A stretch of 64,000 nucleotides of DNA, taken from contig CAVXTH010000006.1 of the NCBI GenBank assembly GCA_963764625.1, forward strand, positions 224,001-288,000. The letters are read 5' to 3'. The DNA comes from Candidatus Krumholzibacteriota bacterium. Lineage in GTDB: Bacteria > Krumholzibacteriota > Krumholzibacteriia > JAJRXK01. Of this stretch, positions 32,460 to 43,184 are shown in pieces. Each line of letters opens with the position of its first letter. The stretch's first letter is position 1. The notes beneath the pieces were generated by a model, which searched no databases, was not told where the DNA came from, and saw only the letters and a list, made by a program, of their open reading frames with translations. The position numbers and the translations under genes were made by a program.

Positions 32460-32608
32460 TGGACGATCCTCCAAGAGAGATGAGATGGTGATATCAGGGG
32501 GAATAAGGGGAAGCTAGCACGGAGCGAATCGCCGGAAAAGCCCAATGAGGGACTCCCAGGGCGTTCTCCTTCGTTGACAGCTCGTCACGGCGCTGGCAGG
32601 ATCCGCCC

Positions 32609-33226
32609 ATGATCGATCTGAGAACCTACGCATTTCTGGACGTACTACAGCCCCAACTCGCCGCCGCGGTGGGGACCACCTGCCGTGGATTCCAGCCCGT
32701 TCCCGGGGTGGCCTCTCTGTGGGTGGAGATCGCGCCCGCGATCCGGATTCACGAGGTTCTGGACGCCGCCCTCAAGAGCACCGCGGTTCGCCCGGCCACC
32801 ATCGCCACCGAGCGCGCTTTCGGTCTCTGCGAACTGAACCACTTCGACCAGGGAGAGGTTCGCGAGGCGGGGGCCGCGATTCTCCGCGCGTTGGGCAAGG
32901 CGGAGAGCGACCGCGCGAAACCGCGGGTCGTCTCCTCCACCGTGATTCGCGGGGTCGAGTCCTACCACACCCAGCTCATCAACCGCACTCGCTTCGGCGC
33001 CATGATCGTGCCCGGAGAGTCCCTGCTCATTCTCGAGACCGAGCCCGCGGCGTACTGCATGCTCGCGGCGAATGAGGCGGAGAAGGCGGCTCCGGTGCGA
33101 CTGGTCGATTCCAATCCCATCGGCGCTTTCGGCCGCCTCTACATGTGTGGGGGCGAGGCCGAGATCGATGCGGCGAGAGAGGCCGCCGAAAGGGCCCTGA
33201 AGAACCTGACCGGACGTAAGCTCTGA
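32609..33226 (+). CDS. Bacterial microcompartment trimeric shell protein (BMC-T, CcmP/CsoS1D class)
   Basis: [52 protein letters not shown]. Confidence 0.9.
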   Translation: MIDLRTYAFLDVLQPQLAAAVGTTCRGFQPVPGVASLWVEIAPAIRIHEVLDAALKSTAVRPATIATERAFGLCELNHFDQGEVREAGAAILRALGKAESDRAKPRVVSSTVIRGVESYHTQLINRTRFGAMIVPGESLLILETEPAAYCMLAANEAEKAAPVRLVDSNPIGAFGRLYMCGGEAEIDAAREAAERALKNLTGRKL

Positions 33227-33232
33227 GCTGCG

Positions 33233-34495
33233 CTAGAGGCTGAGCGCGGGCTCTTCGGCGTAGATCTGCACCAGGTTCAATAGGGTCGCCGTGGCCAGGG
33301 CCATCGCCCGATCGCTCACCCACTCTTTGGGCCCGTGGAAGTTCACGCCCCCCGCGAAGAGATTCGGCGTCGGCAGTCCCATCGCGGTGAGCTGGGAACC
33401 GTCCGTGCCACCGCGGATCGCCACCGTTCGGGGCGTCAGCCCCGTGGCTTCGATCGCCAGGCGGAGGGTCTCGGCGATTCTTGGATGCCTGGCGAGTTCG
33501 TCGTGCATGTTGCGGTACTGCTCGCTGATCTCCACTTCGATTCCAAGCTTCGGTTCCTCCGCCACGAGGCTCTCCGCCATAACGCGCAGACGCTGCCCTC
33601 TCATTCTCAATTTCTCGCTTTCGAAATCGCGGAGGATGAGATCGAGACTGCAGACCGCGGCGTCGCCCTTGGCCCCGGTGGGATGGTAGAAGCCCTCTTT
33701 TTCGTGGGTGCACTCCGGACTCTCGGCCATCGGCAGGCGGTCGAGGAACTTACCCATCCAGGTGAGGGCATTGACCATCTTTCCCCGGGCGGTGCCCGGG
33801 TGCACCGAGACTCCGGTGAAGGTCACGGTGGCTTTGTCGGCCGAGAAGGTCTCCAGGTTCATCTCGCCGGGAAAGCCTCCATCGATCGTGAAGCAGAGAT
33901 TGGCTCCGAAGCGCTCCAGAGGAAAGCGGTGCGGTCCCCGACCGATTTCCTCGTCGGGATTGAAGCAGATCTTCAGAGTGGGATGAGGAAGGGAAGGATC
34001 GCTCTGCAGGATCTCCAGCATGCTCATGATCGCCGCGATTCCCGACTTGTCATCGGCGCCCAGAAGGGTGGTGCCGTCGGAGGTGATGATCGTGTCCCCC
34101 AGACATTCCAGGAGCTCCGGGTTCTCCTTGGGGTCGATCACCACTCCGTTCTTCAAGTCGATGGCGTTCCCGGTGTAGTGCTCGTGCAATTGCGGCGCGA
34201 CCCCGCTCCCCGAGAAAGCAGGCGCGGTATCCATGTGCGCGCAAAGCCCCAGCACCGTGTCTCCACTGCCGGGAAGGGTCGCGAGCACGTAGCCATTCTC
34301 GTCCAGCTCCACCGCTTCTAGCCCGAGCTGAGTGAGCTCCTCGACCAGAATCCGGGCCAGATCGAGTTGCTTCGCGGTGGAAGGGCAGGTCTCGCTCTCC
34401 TCGGACGACTGAGTGTCGACCCGTACATATCTTAGAAAACGGTCGAGTAGTCCTGTTGTGGCCAAGATTTTGGCTGGGTCCTGCTGTGCGCGCAT
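33233..34495 (-). CDS. pepT: Peptidase T
   Basis: RFLRYVRVDTQS, AHMDT, DGTTLLGADDKSG, PDEEIG, IRGGTDG. Confidence 0.95.
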   Translation of the reverse strand: MRAQQDPAKILATTGLLDRFLRYVRVDTQSSEESETCPSTAKQLDLARILVEELTQLGLEAVELDENGYVLATLPGSGDTVLGLCAHMDTAPAFSGSGVAPQLHEHYTGNAIDLKNGVVIDPKENPELLECLGDTIITSDGTTLLGADDKSGIAAIMSMLEILQSDPSLPHPTLKICFNPDEEIGRGPHRFPLERFGANLCFTIDGGFPGEMNLETFSADKATVTFTGVSVHPGTARGKMVNALTWMGKFLDRLPMAESPECTHEKEGFYHPTGAKGDAAVCSLDLILRDFESEKLRMRGQRLRVMAESLVAEEPKLGIEVEISEQYRNMHDELARHPRIAETLRLAIEATGLTPRTVAIRGGTDGSQLTAMGLPTPNLFAGGVNFHGPKEWVSDRAMALATATLLNLVQIYAEEPALSL

Positions 34496-34562
34496 GGCTG
34501 ATTCTCCCGCATGGAAGGAAGCGAAAGGGGCCCGCCACGCGTCGCGCGACGGGCCCTTGGAG

Positions 34563-36329
34563 CTAGGCCGCCGCTGTCTCGGCCGGCCGACGTCGAATGA
34601 CGATCTTGTCGTAGAGGAAGAGGATCACCGCGGTGGCGATCCCGATGAGACCGAAGATCAACCACATGGTCCCCGGCTTGTTGATGCCACCCTTTTCGAC
34701 GGGGCCGAAGTGGCCATACAACTGACCGGAGAGGATACCCGCGAAGAGGTTACCGAGCGCCACGCTCACGAAGTAGTAGCCCATGTACATTGCGGTCTTG
34801 CTCTTGGGCGCGATGAGGGAGACGTACTCCTGACTCTTGGGACTCGCCATCATTTCCCCGATCGCAAAGACGAAGATGGCTGCCACCACGATCCAGCCCA
34901 TTCCTCCGTAGACGTTCATCGCCATCCCCACCCCGGTGAGAATGGTGCCGACGATCATGGTGGTGAAGGGCTTGCGTTTGGCGAAGAAGGCCGAAATGAG
35001 CACTTGAAAGAGAATGATCGCACCCGCGTCGATGTTGATGAGGAACTCGGGGTTGATGTTGAACTGAGGGTTCACACCCTCCGCGCGGGTGAGGCTGTGT
35101 AGCATTCCATCCCAGCTGCCGCTCATGCCCAGAGTGTTTATGAGACCGTGCATCCAGTTGAGGATGTCGTTGGTGTTCGTGTAATCACGAATGTACTCCG
35201 GGAGCGTGATGAAGAGCTGATTGAACTCGGTCCAGAAGCCGGACAGCACCAGCAGGTAGAGAGCGAAGCGCCAGTCGCCGATCTTGGCGGTTTGCCAGAG
35301 GCCCTCCGCGTCGTGGCGACCCTTCAGGAACATGTCGACGATGAGATTCCCCACGATGAGTACCGCGATCAGGATTCCCATGTCTTCCCAAGAAATCCAG
35401 TCTCCACCGGCGAGCATGAGCAGGAAGATGGTGCCAACCGTGCTCACGAAAAACGCTCCGTTGCCCAGCACCTCGACCACGTCCTCGCCCGACTTGCGCA
35501 GAAGCAACCTGACTTCGTTGGGAACCACCGCGACGAGAAGCCGGATGGCCAGGCTCAACACCACGAGTCCGGCCAAGGCGATGAGAGTGGGAGTCCAGCC
35601 CAACAGAAATCCGGCTGCGATGAAGGTCGGAGCGCCGCGCAGGATGCCCGCGAAAATCTGCGGCGGACCACTCTTGATGGGACCGTGAACCACATTCGCG
35701 AGTTTCGCCTTGGCTTCCTCGAGCTCTTTGGTCAATGCGGCTTTACGTCCCAGTGGTTCCTTGTAGAACGCGAGCCAGATGAAGTTGCACGCGATCCAGA
35801 TGGAGCTCATGCGGAAGACCCACGGCCATCCCAGATCGTTGCGGACGATTCCCGCCACGATGGGTCCGATGAAGCCGCCGACGTTCACCATCATGTAGAA
35901 GATGCCGAAGCCGAGTGACTTGTCCTTGTCGGCGATGACGTGGCTCACCGTTCCCACCACAACCGGCTTGAAAGTGGCGGCGCCGAGCGCGACCAATAGG
36001 AAGGTGAAAAAGAAGCCCCAGAATCCGTCGGGTTGCCCCATCAGATAGTAGGCCGGGGTCATGATGGCGTAGGCGGTGAAGAAGGTGCGCTTGTACCCGA
36101 ACTTGTCTGCCAGGGCTCCGGTCACGACCGGGAAGAGGTAGAGCAGGAAGGGGATGATCCCCTGGATGATCCCTCGCTTTTCGCTGGTGAGTCCGAGCCC
36201 GCCGGTCTCGACCGAACCGGTCAGGTACAGCGTGGATACGGCATAGAAGCCGTACCAAGCCATGCGCTCGAAAATTTCCATGGTATTCGCAAGCCAGAAG
36301 GCGCTCGGGAATTTCTGAAAGAATGGCAT
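34563..36329 (-). CDS. POT/PTR-like MFS peptide transporter
   Basis: EIFERMAWYG (ExxER), GFGIFYMMVNVG, GEMMASP. Confidence 0.85.
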   Translation of the reverse strand: MPFFQKFPSAFWLANTMEIFERMAWYGFYAVSTLYLTGSVETGGLGLTSEKRGIIQGIIPFLLYLFPVVTGALADKFGYKRTFFTAYAIMTPAYYLMGQPDGFWGFFFTFLLVALGAATFKPVVVGTVSHVIADKDKSLGFGIFYMMVNVGGFIGPIVAGIVRNDLGWPWVFRMSSIWIACNFIWLAFYKEPLGRKAALTKELEEAKAKLANVVHGPIKSGPPQIFAGILRGAPTFIAAGFLLGWTPTLIALAGLVVLSLAIRLLVAVVPNEVRLLLRKSGEDVVEVLGNGAFFVSTVGTIFLLMLAGGDWISWEDMGILIAVLIVGNLIVDMFLKGRHDAEGLWQTAKIGDWRFALYLLVLSGFWTEFNQLFITLPEYIRDYTNTNDILNWMHGLINTLGMSGSWDGMLHSLTRAEGVNPQFNINPEFLINIDAGAIILFQVLISAFFAKRKPFTTMIVGTILTGVGMAMNVYGGMGWIVVAAIFVFAIGEMMASPKSQEYVSLIAPKSKTAMYMGYYFVSVALGNLFAGILSGQLYGHFGPVEKGGINKPGTMWLIFGLIGIATAVILFLYDKIVIRRRPAETAAA

Positions 36330-36506
36330 GAACGAAACGCCTCCAAGGCTGAGATCGTTAAGCGGAGTTTCGTGGACATTGAAGAAAAGACGGCCAAAGG
36401 TCAAGAACGAGCCTAAAGGAAGTCACCGGCCCCACGACCGGGCCGACCGGCGGGCTCGGTTCCCGGCTCTGGGCGTGAAGGCGCAAGGGGGAAAGGACCA
36501 CGGTTC

Positions 36507-38787
36507 TCAGCTGCGGAAGAGGTACTGGATCTTGAAGAAGAACTGACGGTGATCCTCCCGGAATTCGCTCCGGGGCGGCGGGCCACCGCTGCCCACGAGC
36601 TCCACGTCCTGGGCGCGGTGGCTGCTCCCCAAGTAGAGGGCGGAGAAGGCGTTGATTCGGTAGGAGAGTAGAGGTTCGAGGGTGAGAATTCGGTTGAAAC
36701 TGTCGTACTGCGCAACCAGCCGGAGGAACCATTCACGGCTGAATTGCAGATTGAGTTTGTTGCGCAGCACGTAGCCCGCGAAGATCATCTCGCCGTGTTC
36801 CGGGTAACCCAGTTCCTGGTAGTCCCAGTTGGTCTCGAGCGTCAGTCTCTCCGTCGGTTTCAGAGTGCTCCACGCCGAGGCATCGAATCCATCTCCGAGC
36901 ACGGGGGTCTGAAGATTGCGGGCGATTCGACTCCCGTAGGAGAATGAGAACCCCAGGCCCAAGGCCTCGCTGAATTTGCTGTCGACATTGAGCTCCCAGC
37001 GGCGAATCCCCCGGTAATCGCGGCCGTGGAACCGCTCGTTGGAAAACAGCCAGTCCGCGCTGACCGAGGTCTGCCCCTTCAGATTGGCGCTCATTTGGGG
37101 GACCAGCCACTCGTCCTTGCGAAGACCGCTCCAGTTCCAAACCCTCCCGATGCTCACATTGGGCCGCCACTCTTCCACGATGGGACTGTTCTGGGGGTCG
37201 ATGGTGTAGCCGGTCCAGAAGTCCATTTCGTGCCGGTCGTTGCGAAACACGAAGCCGTTGTCCGAACGAAAGGTGGGGGATGTGGCCCACCAATCGGCGT
37301 CGAAATCCCAGTGGCGGGCGTTCCGCTCGAGGCTCAGGTAGTGGGCGTAGCCGCTGAAGGTCTCTCCGTCGAAGGCGGCGGTGTGCTTTCCTTTGTCGAA
37401 GGTCTCTCCGTCGAGATCCTTGGTGAGTTGGGGATCGTCCGGCTCCTCGGTGTGACTGGCCACGAGCTGGTACTCGAAGCTGTAGTTGTGCAGTAGGCGC
37501 TGCTTCCCATCGATGCCGAAAGTCGTTCCCGAGCCGCCTCCCACTTGCCGGCGGTCGGTGCCCAACACTCCGATGGCGTTGTCGTCGCCGTAGCTGTGCT
37601 TCACCCGGAAGAGATTCGACCACGATCTTCCCGCCAGAACGAACTCGCTTTTCTCCTGAAAGGGGAGGGTGTAGGGAGTGTTTTCGTCCTGGGCGATCAG
37701 ATAGCCGGCACTCTCGTTTGGAGTGCGGGCAGTGAGTTTGCCGGCCCACTGGGGATCGTTGATCGAGCGCGTGTACACCTGATCCACCCAGGTGTCGTAG
37801 AGATCACTCCCTTCCTGGAAGAAGGGCCGCTGTTCGGGAAAGAACAGGGCAAAGGTCGTGTTGACGGCGATCTGCGCCGCGTCGGATTCGACCTGGGAAA
37901 AATCGGGATTGAAGCTGGCCTCGGCCGCGAGGCTGGAGGAGATGGAGTAGCGCGCGCCGACTCCCAGCTCGAGGCCGCTGTCCACGCTCTTCAGCGCGGG
38001 GCTCGTGGGATCGTCGTTCAGCTCCTCGGTGTCGAAGCCCACCAGGGAGGGGAGAATCTCCAGCGCCCCTCCCGCGCTCACGCCCTCGATTCCCTTCAGC
38101 GTCCCGAACTGGCAGATCCAGCACGGGTTCATCCCGATCGACGGCGGACCAGCCGTAGCGTCGACGGCTCGCGCGGGGTTGGTTTCGCCAGAAAGTCGCG
38201 CGCCACTCTTGGACCGGACGATTGGGAAAGCGCAGGCTCTTGAACGGCACCGCCATCTCCATCGCCCAACCATCCTTGCGCAGATTCGCCTCGGTCTTGA
38301 AGACGATGTTGAAACTGAGATCCTCGCCGTTGGGGGTCCAACGCAGATCCCCCTGCACACCAAGCGGGTTCGCGAAGAGCTCGTAGGCCCAGGCGCCCGA
38401 CCCGTAGGTGTCCAGGATGATGCCGACGTAATCGTCGTTCCAAATGCGGTCTCGCTCGGTGAGAGTGGCGCGCACCAGTTTGGGATCGTCCTTCATGAGG
38501 AAGGCGAGGTAGAGATTCTTGTCGTCGTAGGTGATCCAGGCCTCGGTGTCGACCGGGGGCTTCACCTGATCTCCCGGCCAATTCTCGCTCCAGTTGGACG
38601 CTTTGGCGGCCTGGATCCACCCCTCGTCGTCGAGTTTGCCATCGACCACGATCGTTCCCTGTCTGCGGTGGACCGTGAGTTCCGGCTTCACCTGGGCGTA
38701 AAACTGCGCCGACGCGTTCGAGGCGAGCAGGCAGATCCAGAGAATCGCGAGCGAAGAGATTGCGAATCGATGGAATTGAGAGCGCAT
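36507..38787 (-). CDS. CBM9-like plus DUF5916 outer-membrane protein (frameshift near 38130)
   Basis: VDGKLDDEGW, FANPLGVQ, EMAVPFKSLRF, NPDFSQVESD, EQRPFFQEG, FFFKIQYLF end. Confidence 0.85.
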
Positions 38788-38981
38788 GCTCGGAGAGTCC
38801 AGTGCGGTTGGAGTCGAACTCATCAAGGAAGGGGCGGGAGTGAATCGGCCCAACGGAGCCGTAAATCTTAGACGGCGTTTCCACCCAGAATGTTTCGGGG
38901 AATTTGCGGCGTTCTGGCTCCCAGGGCGAAGGCGTTGGAGTCCACTTCCAGCAGGAACCAACTCGCGAGGGTGCGGGCTCC

Positions 38982-39770
38982 CTATTCCTCGAAAATCCGC
39001 GAGATGCCGCCCAGAATAGAACCCTCCCCCTTGCTGCTCCCGCCGGCGCGCGGCGCGTGCGCGATGACGCGATTCGCTAGACGCGAGAACGGGAGACTCT
39101 GCAGCCACACTTTGCCGTAGCCGTGGAGGGTAGCGAGAAAGAGACCCTCACCTCCGAACACCATGCTCTTGAGATTGCCCGCGCGCGCGATGTCGTACTT
39201 GATTCCAGGAGTGAAGGCGACGAGACAGCCGGTGTCCACCCGCAGGGTGTCACCGTGCATTTCGCGTTCGACCACGGTTCCACCCGCGTGCAGAAACACC
39301 AAGCCGTCTCCATCGAGCCGCTCAAGGATGAACCCCTCGCCCCCGAAGAGTCCGGCTCCGAGCCGCTTGTTCAGGGCGATGCCTAGTTTGGTGCCGAACG
39401 CCGCGCACAGGAACGCGTCCTTCTGACACAGGAGTTCCCCCCGGAGCTTGCTCATGTCGACCGCGACGATCTTGCCGGGGTAGGGGGCCGCGAAGCACAC
39501 TCGGCTCTTGCCGCTTCCCATTGTGTTGGTGAAATGGGTGATGAAGAGGGACTCACCGGTGATCACGCGCTTGCCGGCGCTGAAGAGCTTTCCCATGATG
39601 CCCTCGTCGGCCTGCGAACCGTCACCCATGTGAGCCTGGAAGTCGATCCCCTCCTCCATGTAGTTCATGGCGCCGGCCTCGGCGATGATGGTCTCACCCG
39701 GATCGAGCTCGATCTCGACCATCTGTAGATCGTCGCCAATGATCTCGTAATCGACTTCGTGACAGCGCAT
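38982..39770 (-). CDS. TIGR00266 / AIM24-family protein
   Basis: [43 protein letters not shown]. Confidence 0.9.
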   Translation of the reverse strand: MRCHEVDYEIIGDDLQMVEIELDPGETIIAEAGAMNYMEEGIDFQAHMGDGSQADEGIMGKLFSAGKRVITGESLFITHFTNTMGSGKSRVCFAAPYPGKIVAVDMSKLRGELLCQKDAFLCAAFGTKLGIALNKRLGAGLFGGEGFILERLDGDGLVFLHAGGTVVEREMHGDTLRVDTGCLVAFTPGIKYDIARAGNLKSMVFGGEGLFLATLHGYGKVWLQSLPFSRLANRVIAHAPRAGGSSKGEGSILGGISRIFEE

Positions 39771-39958
39771 GGGTAGCTCCTCATGGAAAGATTGGAACTT
39801 CGAATCTCTAGCGCGCGCGGGTGCGCACAAAATATCCTAAACCTCCTCGGCGACTTCAGAAAGTCCCGATTCGCAAGGTCCATGAGCACCCGGTGGACAA
39901 GCAGGCCGGCTCTAGTATCTTGCTGCGGAGCAGGGTTCCTCCATCGGCGGATGAAACA

Positions 39959-40642
39959 GTGCAAGATGACTCCAGACGAAAGCTCGAGGCTCCCGAGCGG
40001 GTTCGAACCCTCGCGCATTCGCTGCGCGGAACCCTACCCGGAGAGCGGGGTCAACGCCTGATGTGGCCCCAAGGTCTGTCCTCCGATCGCTTCAACCGAC
40101 CGCCTGCCGATGCACGTCTCGCCGCGGTGCTCATTCTGCTCTACGAGAGCGAGGGGCGGATCTGTTTCCCGCTCCAGCGGAGAAAAGAAGTCATCGGTGA
40201 TCCTCACGGGGGACAGATCTCCCTGCCCGGCGGCAGCCGAGAGGGCAACGAGAGAGTGGAAGCCACCGCTCTTCGCGAAGCTCGAGAAGAACTCGGGATC
40301 GAGCCGGAGCGCGTGAGAATCCTGGGAAGATTGAGTCGTCTGTGGATTCCCGTGAGTCACTTCAAGGTGCGGCCGGTCGTGGCGTGGACCGAGTCCGAGC
40401 CGGCCTACCGCCTGGATCCCGGCGAGGTGGAACAGCTCATCGTCTGCTCTCTGGAGGAACTCGAAAGTCCTCAGCGGCTGGTGAAGTTCCGGCGCAGAAT
40501 CGGCGGCAGCGATCGCCACGTCCCTGCCTGGCGTCTCGACGAGGGTTACCTGTGGGGCGCCACCGCGATGATCTTGGCCGAGCTCATTTCGATTGTGCGT
40601 GCTGCGGAAGGTCTTCCTTCGCTTCTTCCGCCACCAGACTGA
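39959..40642 (+). CDS. Nudix hydrolase, CoA pyrophosphatase-like (start uncertain)
   Basis: AAVLILLY, HGGQISLPGG, ALREAREELG, WGATAMIL. Confidence 0.88.
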   Translation: MQDDSRRKLEAPERVRTLAHSLRGTLPGERGQRLMWPQGLSSDRFNRPPADARLAAVLILLYESEGRICFPLQRRKEVIGDPHGGQISLPGGSREGNERVEATALREAREELGIEPERVRILGRLSRLWIPVSHFKVRPVVAWTESEPAYRLDPGEVEQLIVCSLEELESPQRLVKFRRRIGGSDRHVPAWRLDEGYLWGATAMILAELISIVRAAEGLPSLLPPPD

Positions 40643-43088
40643 AATCGACGACGAGGGGGAGGTGATCCGAAGCCACCCGCGTCAACCGGTTTCTGGGTAC
40701 GATGACCCGGTCGGTCCGCATGAAGTCGGTAGTGAAGACGTGATCGATGCGGCGTAGGGGAAGGCGTCCGCTCCAGGTGCGGGAGACCACGGTGCGCGTG
40801 GGTCCGCTGCCCACGTTCGAGAGGACCTCGCTGAGCCGGCGGCAGGTCCAACTCGACATTCCGGCATTGAGATCGCCGCAGAGAATGAGGGGCACCCGGT
40901 CCAACTCCGCGCCCAGCCAGCCCCGCTGCAGGATGAACTCGACTTGAAGACGCCGTTCGCGCTCGAGAATACTGAGATGTGTGTTCAGCACCTGGATCTT
41001 CGATCCCTCCACGTCGGCTTCCACCCAGAGAATGCCGCGTTCCTCCAAACCCGGGAAGCCCTTGAGTCCGGGTAGAGCCGCCTGGTCCACCATGCGGAGG
41101 GGGTAGTGGCTCAAGATGGCGTTTCCGAATCTCCCGTCGACGAGGTGGCTCACCGCGTGAAAGCGGAAATCGGTCTGCAGACTCTTCGAGATGATCTCGA
41201 CCTGCCGGATTCCACCGGAGCGATCGCGTTCGTCGTCGAGTTCTTGGAGGCAGATGATGTCGGCCTGGAGACGCGAGAGGACGCGCGCGATTCTCTGGGG
41301 GGAGATCTTTCCGTCCATTCCGCGACAGCCGTGCACGTTATAGCTTGCTACGCGCAAATGGAGACGCGGCGTTCGTTCGTAGCGTTGCAGTTGCCGCACC
41401 TGGGCCAGACGGCGAGTCAACTTCCGGTCCGGCAAAATAATTCCCGCCAACGAGCGCAATGCCATCTCCCGCAAGTGGGTTGGACGCAGAACCCCTTCCA
41501 TGGGCTGACCGAGCGTGGCCTCCTTGGGCAAGAGAACGAAGGCGGTGCACTCGCGTGGACCGGGTCCACCGTGCGCACCATTTTCCGTCTGCAGAGAGAG
41601 CGGGTTTCGTCGTTGGAATCCGAACAGCGCGATGGGACCGGCATCGGGATGGTGGAGGAGCCTGAGTGAATCGGATGTGACGTGCTTCAAGTAGGGATGG
41701 TCTTCTCCGAACACTTCGGCCGCATCATCGGGGAGTCTGCACGTCGGCGCATCGCGGCGGAAGACGACGGCTCCGTCTCCATCGGCGACCATCACGGTGG
41801 GCACGGCGGCGTCCTTGGCGATGAGTCGGGCCAGTCGCAGGTGCGCCTCGTGCGTCATCTCGTGAGCGGGATACACGAAACCGGTGGGACCCTGGTGGGC
41901 TACTCGCAAGACCTTGGGCGGCTCGAGGCGAGGAGCGAACTCGATCTGGGATGCGAGTTCGGTGCCGCGACGGCCCTGCATCCACAGCGGCAGTTCCGAG
42001 CGCAACCACTGGGAACGCCCCTTCTCGGGTGGATAGACCCATCCACTCTCCGGTTTTTCCCGATGGCCGACCGCTTCATTGACTTCGAAGCGCTGCACGA
42101 CTCGCTCGACCGCGTGGCTCAGATCTTCTGGGCGCTCCTTGGGATACGGAATGGTCGCCTCCTGGCCGTGGTCGGAGTAGATCCAGACCTGGTAGTCGCG
42201 GTGCTTCGAACGGTGCGCCGCGAGCCACACCCGACGCAAGGAGTGGTCGATTCCCTTGAGCGTCCAGCGCGCGAAGCGCGAGTCAGGACCTCGGCGGTGG
42301 GCATGCTCATCGTATCCCAGGAAATTCAGTTGAATGATGGGCAGGCCCCGTTCGCAGTCGATCGAGGCCCCCGCGGTGACGATCTCGCGCATGACCGAAC
42401 TGACGATGACGCGAGTGGGAATGAATCGCAGTTCGGCGAAAAAGCTGTGGCCGGCCAGAGTGCCGAGCGTGAAGTCGTAAATGGCCAAGGCCAACTCGAC
42501 CAGGGCGTAGGCAAGAATCCGGACCAGACTCCAGCCGTACCACAGAACCAAGCCGATCATGCGGAGGGGATTCAGTGCCTGCCAGATCATCTCCAGGCCG
42601 GCGGTGGACGCGCAGAGGTGCGGCTCGTCGGCGTCACCGTGAAAGATGTTGGACCAGGAAGATCCCCCGCGCATGAGCCCTTCGCTTTCGCTCTGGAGTT
42701 TGTCCTCGACTGCGGAGGCGGCGGTCGGATCGTTCATGCTCACGATGCGTCCGAGTTTGGAGTTGTAGTAACCGAACGCGGGAACGGCGCCTTTGACTCC
42801 GTAGAAGAACTCGGCCTGGAACCCCGGAGTGGAGGAGGGCATACCGGTGTACATGGGATGGAGCTGCTGATCTTCGTTGTCCAGAAGATGCTTCAGGAAG
42901 GGCATGCGCCCTTCCCTCATCGCGCGTTGAACCACGTCGTAGCCGAGGCCGTCGATCTGCATGAGAACGAGTCCGGCCTCCTGGCGGTCCTCACCACCGG
43001 GGACATAGCCCAGGATGCGCGCGCTCCAGCGATTACGGCTGAATAGACGCCGAAAGCGTGACGCGAGGATTTCCACCCGATCCATCAT
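40584..43088 (-). CDS. Alkaline-phosphatase-superfamily phosphodiesterase fused to an EEP domain
   Basis: QIDGL, PSST, YDEHAH, SDHGQ and HGG; then SYNVH, CLQE, GNAILS, THL, GDLN, IDH and SDHLP. Confidence 0.85.
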   Translation of the reverse strand: MMDRVEILASRFRRLFSRNRWSARILGYVPGGEDRQEAGLVLMQIDGLGYDVVQRAMREGRMPFLKHLLDNEDQQLHPMYTGMPSSTPGFQAEFFYGVKGAVPAFGYYNSKLGRIVSMNDPTAASAVEDKLQSESEGLMRGGSSWSNIFHGDADEPHLCASTAGLEMIWQALNPLRMIGLVLWYGWSLVRILAYALVELALAIYDFTLGTLAGHSFFAELRFIPTRVIVSSVMREIVTAGASIDCERGLPIIQLNFLGYDEHAHRRGPDSRFARWTLKGIDHSLRRVWLAAHRSKHRDYQVWIYSDHGQEATIPYPKERPEDLSHAVERVVQRFEVNEAVGHREKPESGWVYPPEKGRSQWLRSELPLWMQGRRGTELASQIEFAPRLEPPKVLRVAHQGPTGFVYPAHEMTHEAHLRLARLIAKDAAVPTVMVADGDGAVVFRRDAPTCRLPDDAAEVFGEDHPYLKHVTSDSLRLLHHPDAGPIALFGFQRRNPLSLQTENGAHGGPGPRECTAFVLLPKEATLGQPMEGVLRPTHLREMALRSLAGIILPDRKLTRRLAQVRQLQRYERTPRLHLRVASYNVHGCRGMDGKISPQRIARVLSRLQADIICLQELDDERDRSGGIRQVEIISKSLQTDFRFHAVSHLVDGRFGNAILSHYPLRMVDQAALPGLKGFPGLEERGILWVEADVEGSKIQVLNTHLSILERERRLQVEFILQRGWLGAELDRVPLILCGDLNAGMSSWTCRRLSEVLSNVGSGPTRTVVSRTWSGRLPLRRIDHVFTTDFMRTDRVIVPRNRLTRVASDHLPLVVDFSLVAEEAKEDLPQHAQSK

Positions 43089-43184
43089 ATCTCGTTGGGA
43101 GGGTTCGACCGGGAACCGCTAATCCCGGTGCTTCTCTCACGAGAACAGAATCGCGCCAACTTGCTTGCTTGTCACGCCGTCGCT

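Noticed and set aside
40584-40642. Convergent 3' overlaps (also 52569-52600)
   Set aside because: Short tail-to-tail overlaps are common in compact GC-rich genomes
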